Positions 31,723 through 35,238 of a stretch of 35,238 nucleotides of DNA are shown here, piece by piece. The notes beneath the pieces are model-generated. The model saw only the letters and a program-made list of their open reading frames with translations. It did no database searches and was not told the origin of the DNA. The first letter of the stretch is position 1, and the number at the start of each line of letters is the position of its first letter. The position numbers were made by a program, and so were the translations under genes. Origin of the DNA: Thermoplasmata archaeon M9B1D (lineage in GTDB: Archaea; Thermoplasmatota; E2; DHVEG-1); contig MUGC01000001.1 of assembly GCA_002900535.1 (NCBI GenBank), positions 1 through 35,238 of the forward strand, given 5' to 3'.

Positions 31723-32289
31723 TTATAATTTTAATGTTGGATTTTTAGAATTTTTAAAATCTCTTAAAGAAATTAATTCATTTTCTTTAAAAGTTATCAA
31801 TTTATTAATAAAACCTCTTTTGCATCTTTTTATAAAAGTAGATAAATTTTCTTTTCCATTTAATATAAAATTGTATTCATTATTACATAAAATATTTTTA
31901 TGATTAGATATTCTAACAGCAAAAAAGATTTTTCCTGAATTATAATATTCAAAGTATTTGCTAAATTTCTTTGATAATTTCATAGTCTGTTCTATTTCTA
32001 TTCCTTTTATGCTTTTTAATTCATTTATCAAAGCAGTCATTTTATTTTCAAATCTCTTATGTAAACAATAAATAATACTTAATTGCTTTTCTATAGAAAT
32101 AAGAGAATATTCGTTCTTCTTTTCATTTTCTTTTTTTATAAATTTTTCTTCTTCGCCAAACTTCTGTATTATCTTATTAGCAAATTTATCAGAGAATACA
32201 TATCCAACATTATTATTTGAATATAAAGCATATCTATTAAAACTATCTTCTATTTCTTTGACAAATTCTTCATCTCTTAATATAAACAT
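31723..32289 (-). CDS. hypothetical protein
   Basis: 188-aa ORF. Confidence 0.75.
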   Translation of the reverse strand: MFILRDEEFVKEIEDSFNRYALYSNNNVGYVFSDKFANKIIQKFGEEEKFIKKENEKKNEYSLISIEKQLSIIYCLHKRFENKMTALINELKSIKGIEIEQTMKLSKKFSKYFEYYNSGKIFFAVRISNHKNILCNNEYNFILNGKENLSTFIKRCKRGFINKLITFKENELISLRDFKNSKNPTLKL

Positions 32290-32291
32290 TT

Positions 32292-32471
32292 TTATTTTTT
32301 CTTTCTCCCTCTTTTACTTACAGACTCAAGAGCGCGACAAGAATTGCATTTACCATCTTTTACATCTGTAACTTCTCCACATTTTGGACATTTTGGTTTT
32401 CTATCATATCTATAACATAACCAAGTAGCAAATAAAAAACCTGCTATAAATGAAACAATACAAATAATCAT
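32292..32471 (-). CDS. Small membrane-anchored zinc-ribbon protein (start refined from 32504)
   Basis: The ATG at 32471 overlaps the upstream stop (ATGA), with GGAG 10 nt upstream. MIICIVSFIAGFLFATWLCY is a TM segment, followed by CPKCG...CNSC. Confidence 0.6.
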   Translation of the reverse strand: MIICIVSFIAGFLFATWLCYRYDRKPKCPKCGEVTDVKDGKCNSCRALESVSKRGRKKK

Positions 32472-33610
32472 TTTATTAATTCTCCTATTTTTATAATTCC
32501 CCATATTTCTTTTAACCTATCCTCTCCATATTTCTCTAACAAACAATCAAGACATTTTTGAGCGTCTTGTTCTGTGTTGAAATAAGCTTTGTTAAATCCA
32601 ATATGTGTATAATCTTTTGTGTTTTCTTGAACAATAAAGCCACACTTATTTAAAGTTGAATTTGAAACATCAAATTGTTCAGTTTTTAGTATTCGTTTCC
32701 AAGAGTTATCTTTTCTTGATAAACAAGCCATTTTCTTCATTATGTAATCAACTTCTCGCCTATCTCTTTCAAGCTCTGCTCTTTCTTTGGTTTTGAACAT
32801 ATTAAAAGGCAAACCTACTATCTCTTTTTTTGTTTTATAACCTTCGTTATGAACATCTTTTATATCAAAAATATAACAATTTTCTTGTAATAAATCATCA
32901 AATAAAGCAATATCATCAGCCGACCAAATTGGTTTTTCTTCCTCCTTCCCAAACAACTTTTCCCCGCAACAATGGCAATATTCAGCCCCCTTAAATACTT
33001 TAACCTCAGTATCGCAACTTTCACATAAAGCGATTGTGTAATCTTCTTCATTAGGAAAATAAATATTACCTTTACCTAATCTAAATTCCTCTTCTTCCTC
33101 TCTTAAAAAATCTTCAACTGATATTTCTTCTAAATTCCATAATTCAGGTTGAACTATATTTGAATTTACTATTTTTTCTTCTTTTTCTACCCAAATATAA
33201 GGACATTCAATTATAGTTTTATAAGAAAAACCTTTATCATTTCTATAAAATGAAAAGCCAATCCTATTAAATTTCTTTTTTATTTTATCAAAAATCTCTT
33301 CATCAATATCTTTTGGTACTTCTATATACTTATCCTTAAAATCTTCTTTGGTTTTGATTATTATAGGTTCTTCATAGACTTTTATGTTTTGCCAGTTTTT
33401 AAATTCTGTGACAATTAAATCAGCTTGACTCCAATGGCAATCATCATTGATTTCTAATATTTTTTCCTTATTTATTCTTAATCTTCTTTTAACTTTATTA
33501 CTTTCTTTAAAATATCTATCATATTCAATCTCCTTCATCGGATTTTCATAGCACCAACTAAGTGCCTTAAAAGCGTTTTTAAATGTCTTGTTATTTATTT
33601 TATCTGTCAT
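32468..33610 (-). CDS. hypothetical protein with central zinc ribbon
   Basis: 380 aa with CESCDTEVKVFKGAEYCHCCGEKL. Confidence 0.8.
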   Translation of the reverse strand: MTDKINNKTFKNAFKALSWCYENPMKEIEYDRYFKESNKVKRRLRINKEKILEINDDCHWSQADLIVTEFKNWQNIKVYEEPIIIKTKEDFKDKYIEVPKDIDEEIFDKIKKKFNRIGFSFYRNDKGFSYKTIIECPYIWVEKEEKIVNSNIVQPELWNLEEISVEDFLREEEEEFRLGKGNIYFPNEEDYTIALCESCDTEVKVFKGAEYCHCCGEKLFGKEEEKPIWSADDIALFDDLLQENCYIFDIKDVHNEGYKTKKEIVGLPFNMFKTKERAELERDRREVDYIMKKMACLSRKDNSWKRILKTEQFDVSNSTLNKCGFIVQENTKDYTHIGFNKAYFNTEQDAQKCLDCLLEKYGEDRLKEIWGIIKIGELIK

Positions 33611-33719
33611 CTCTTTGTAATTCCTTTAAAATATTCTCTAATAATGGTCTTATATCGTAATATACGCAAAAGAATATTGCGATTAAACATAATAATTGTG
33701 CTACTGCTATATAAATCAT
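33600..33719 (-). CDS. small hydrophobic protein (39 aa, below the ORF-track cutoff)
   Basis: Hand translation: MIYIAVAQLLCLIAIFFCVYYDIRPLLENILKELQRDDR. The SD is aaaggaaatATG. The 3' end overlaps the next start. Confidence 0.45.
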   Translation of the reverse strand: MIYIAVAQLLCLIAIFFCVYYDIRPLLENILKELQRDDR

Positions 33720-33739
33720 AATTTCCTTTATTTGTTAAT

Positions 33740-33869
33740 GTTAAGAGATTACTTCCATTTTCTCTTAACAATCCAACTTAACTCCTTATGGATAAGTGAT
33801 TATATAGGAGTCCATATGGAAAATCTTTTTTTTTAGATTTTTTTTAATAAGGGATATAATCACTTATCC
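33740..33869. promoter_or_regulatory. Nested inverted repeats with A/T tracts in a 173-nt intergenic gap (origin- or operator-like)
   Basis: A 9-bp inverted repeat gttaagaga/tctcttaac lies at 33740-33748/33761-33769. A 16-bp inverted repeat ggataagtgattatat/atataatcacttatcc lies at 33790-33805/33854-33869. The second encloses the palindrome tccatatgga and aaaatct-T-run-agatttt. Confidence 0.45.
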
Positions 33870-33892
33870 ACTAACAATATTATCTAATTTTG

Positions 33893-34315
33893 TTATTTTG
33901 TCAAATCTCTTTGTTTAAAGCATTCTATATCTTCTATTGTATTATTTTGATACGCTAAATCTCTATTTTCTAAAAGCTTTGTTTGTTTAATTGCCTCTTT
34001 GATTGTATCACTCCAACTTAAATCTATAACATAGCAATAATTATCGCCTATTTCTGTGACTCTAACAAATCCGTTTTTTGCTAAAAGTATAATACTTGGA
34101 ATATTGTCTTTTTTAACGCAAGCAATTAATCTATTGTGTTTATATTTCTTGCAAAGTTTGAGATATTTTGCAAGTTCTTTTGCTTCTTTTATAATAAAAT
34201 TAGCTCCATTTCCATCTTTATAAAAGCTTATAAAATAAAGTATTTTAAACTTTTTCTCTATATAACCCTTACTAAAATTAACTATCTCATCAATATTTTT
34301 TACTATTTTTTCCAT
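33893..34315 (-). CDS. GNAT-like acetyltransferase (tentative)
   Basis: 140 aa. GNGANFIIKEAKELAK is motif A-like, and RLIACVKKDNIPSIILLAKNGFVRV is motif B-like (N..a...y.k.GF). Confidence 0.4.
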   Translation of the reverse strand: MEKIVKNIDEIVNFSKGYIEKKFKILYFISFYKDGNGANFIIKEAKELAKYLKLCKKYKHNRLIACVKKDNIPSIILLAKNGFVRVTEIGDNYCYVIDLSWSDTIKEAIKQTKLLENRDLAYQNNTIEDIECFKQRDLTK

Positions 34316-34487
34316 TTTTTCAAATTCTCTTAAAACTACCCAATTTTTAACAAGTTTGTTCCAGATGATAAATGTATTGTTTTTTTCCCAAATCTAAAAA
34401 TCTGATACCTCTCTGGCTCATTAAACGATATTTTTTATTAACATAAAACATATAATTATAAAAATCCAATAAAGTAACTATTCAAAT

Positions 34488-34943
34488 TTATCTTTCATTT
34501 ACTCTCCAAGTTTTTATCAAATTTTGCTTTTTCACAGCTTCAAAAATGTAAGCTGGAAAACCGCAGTTGCTAAAACAAGCGTCGTGAAAATACTGACTGC
34601 GTAAGTAATCAAGCATATACACCTTTTTTATACCTTTTTTACCAATTTGAATGTATGAAACATCTCTTTTAACACCCAAACATTTCGGCATAACATCGTT
34701 ATAATGACTTTTAAGTTTAAAAAGACATTTATGTTTAAAGATTGTTTGCATAACTTCTTTTAATCCGGCATAATATCCGGTTGTTTCCCACCAGCCCTCT
34801 TTTTTTGCTTTTTTAGCAATGTAATCATCTTCAAATTTTCTCATTTCCTCTTCTTGAGCAAAAGCAAAATTCTTCTCAAATTCTTTCTTTTGTTGCTCTC
34901 TTTGGGACATTCTCTCTCGCATTTCTTTTATTTGTTCAATCAT
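34488..34943 (-). CDS. hypothetical protein
   Basis: 151-aa ORF that overlaps the upstream gene by 8 nt. Confidence 0.75.
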   Translation of the reverse strand: MIEQIKEMRERMSQREQQKKEFEKNFAFAQEEEMRKFEDDYIAKKAKKEGWWETTGYYAGLKEVMQTIFKHKCLFKLKSHYNDVMPKCLGVKRDVSYIQIGKKGIKKVYMLDYLRSQYFHDACFSNCGFPAYIFEAVKKQNLIKTWRVNER

Positions 34944-35238
34944 AGTTTCCCTCGTAAATTTTGTTAATATTTTTTAAACACCAATCAATATTGGCTTTCC
35001 AATTTCTTGGATTATCTCCATTAAGAAACGAGGATTTATTGACTATTTGGCAAAAAGCTTTCCAATCTTCTATTGACTCAAATAGCGGATTTCCTTTTTT
35101 GTCTTTCAATGTTTTATTTCCTATTAAATTTTTCAAAATTTCATTGCGGGGGGGAGAATTTATTGTAGCTTTCGGAAGAGTTTTGCAAATTTCATTCCAA
35201 ATCGACATTAACTCTAAGATTATATCCCCCCCCTCTTT
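34936..35238 (-). CDS. Junction-spanning CDS, C-terminal part (same gene as 1-501)
   Basis: The track lists only the internal-Met fragment 34936-35208 (MSIWNE...). The frame stays open to the window edge and is in phase with 1-501. The C-terminal FLNGDNPRNWKANIDWCLKNINKIYEGNYD is a motif I have seen at the ends of phage replication-associated proteins. Confidence 0.75.
   Translation of the reverse strand, partial: KEGGDIILELMSIWNEICKTLPKATINSPPRNEILKNLIGNKTLKDKKGNPLFESIEDWKAFCQIVNKSSFLNGDNPRNWKANIDWCLKNINKIYEGNYD
35095..35238. repeat. Terminal direct repeat, right copy (identical to 1-144)
   Basis: Exact 144-nt match read directly. Confidence 0.95.

Noticed and set aside
34347-34451. A 34-aa ORF (MFYVNKKYRLMSQRGIRFLDLGKKQYIYHLEQTC) in the 34316-34487 gap.
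   Set aside because: It has no SD and no recognisable features. It is too short to distinguish from chance in AT-rich DNA.
1-35238. A lysogeny module or mobile-element genes (integrase, transposase, excisionase, CI-like repressor).
   Set aside because: None of the translated ORFs shows tyrosine- or serine-recombinase, DDE or CI/Cro-type signatures that I can recognise. Absence cannot be proven without profile searches.

Overview
The window is a complete tailed-phage genome. Bases 1-144 are identical to 35095-35238, so the contig closes into a 35,094-bp circle (or is terminally redundant), and one CDS runs across the junction. It is very AT-rich, roughly 25-30% G+C by eye.

Layout:
- Rightward early operon (2223-7837, +) with a recombination module: P22-type Erf, PolB-exo-like 3'-5' exonuclease, NinB-like protein and VRR-NUC nuclease.
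- One very long leftward gene string (1565 -> junction -> 9364, -). It holds small early/unknown genes, TerS/TerL, head-tail adaptors and a lambda-like siphovirus tail set: tube, G/GT chaperone with an A_AAA_AAG -1 frameshift site, tape measure, M/L/K-like proteins and a fused I-J host-specificity protein.
- Unusually, the portal, MuF-like, scaffold and major capsid genes come after the tail genes. Two tail fibres and small membrane/lipoprotein lysis genes follow.
- The M15 endolysin (7834-8298, -) is separated from the other lysis genes by an opposite-strand moron and a GC-rich, ORF-free, helix-dense element.

I found no integrase, repressor, DNA polymerase, tRNA, CRISPR array or reverse transcriptase.

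Candidates for something new:
1. The ~320-nt structured element between a terminator/promoter pair and the endolysin gene.
2. A three-hairpin GC-rich leader after the leftward early promoter, plus a promoter-to-terminator ~96-nt sRNA-like unit in the divergent control region.
3. A four-gene accessory island (basic protein, bPH-like membrane protein, two paralogous zinc ribbons) inserted in the head-tail joining module.
4. A ~105-aa domain shared by a capsid-adjacent protein and the tail-tip I-J protein.
5. A junction-spanning gene carrying C8 and G7 homopolymers, a hexanucleotide repeat and a G-quadruplex-type motif.

All functional calls rest on motif recognition and synteny by eye. No database search was run.
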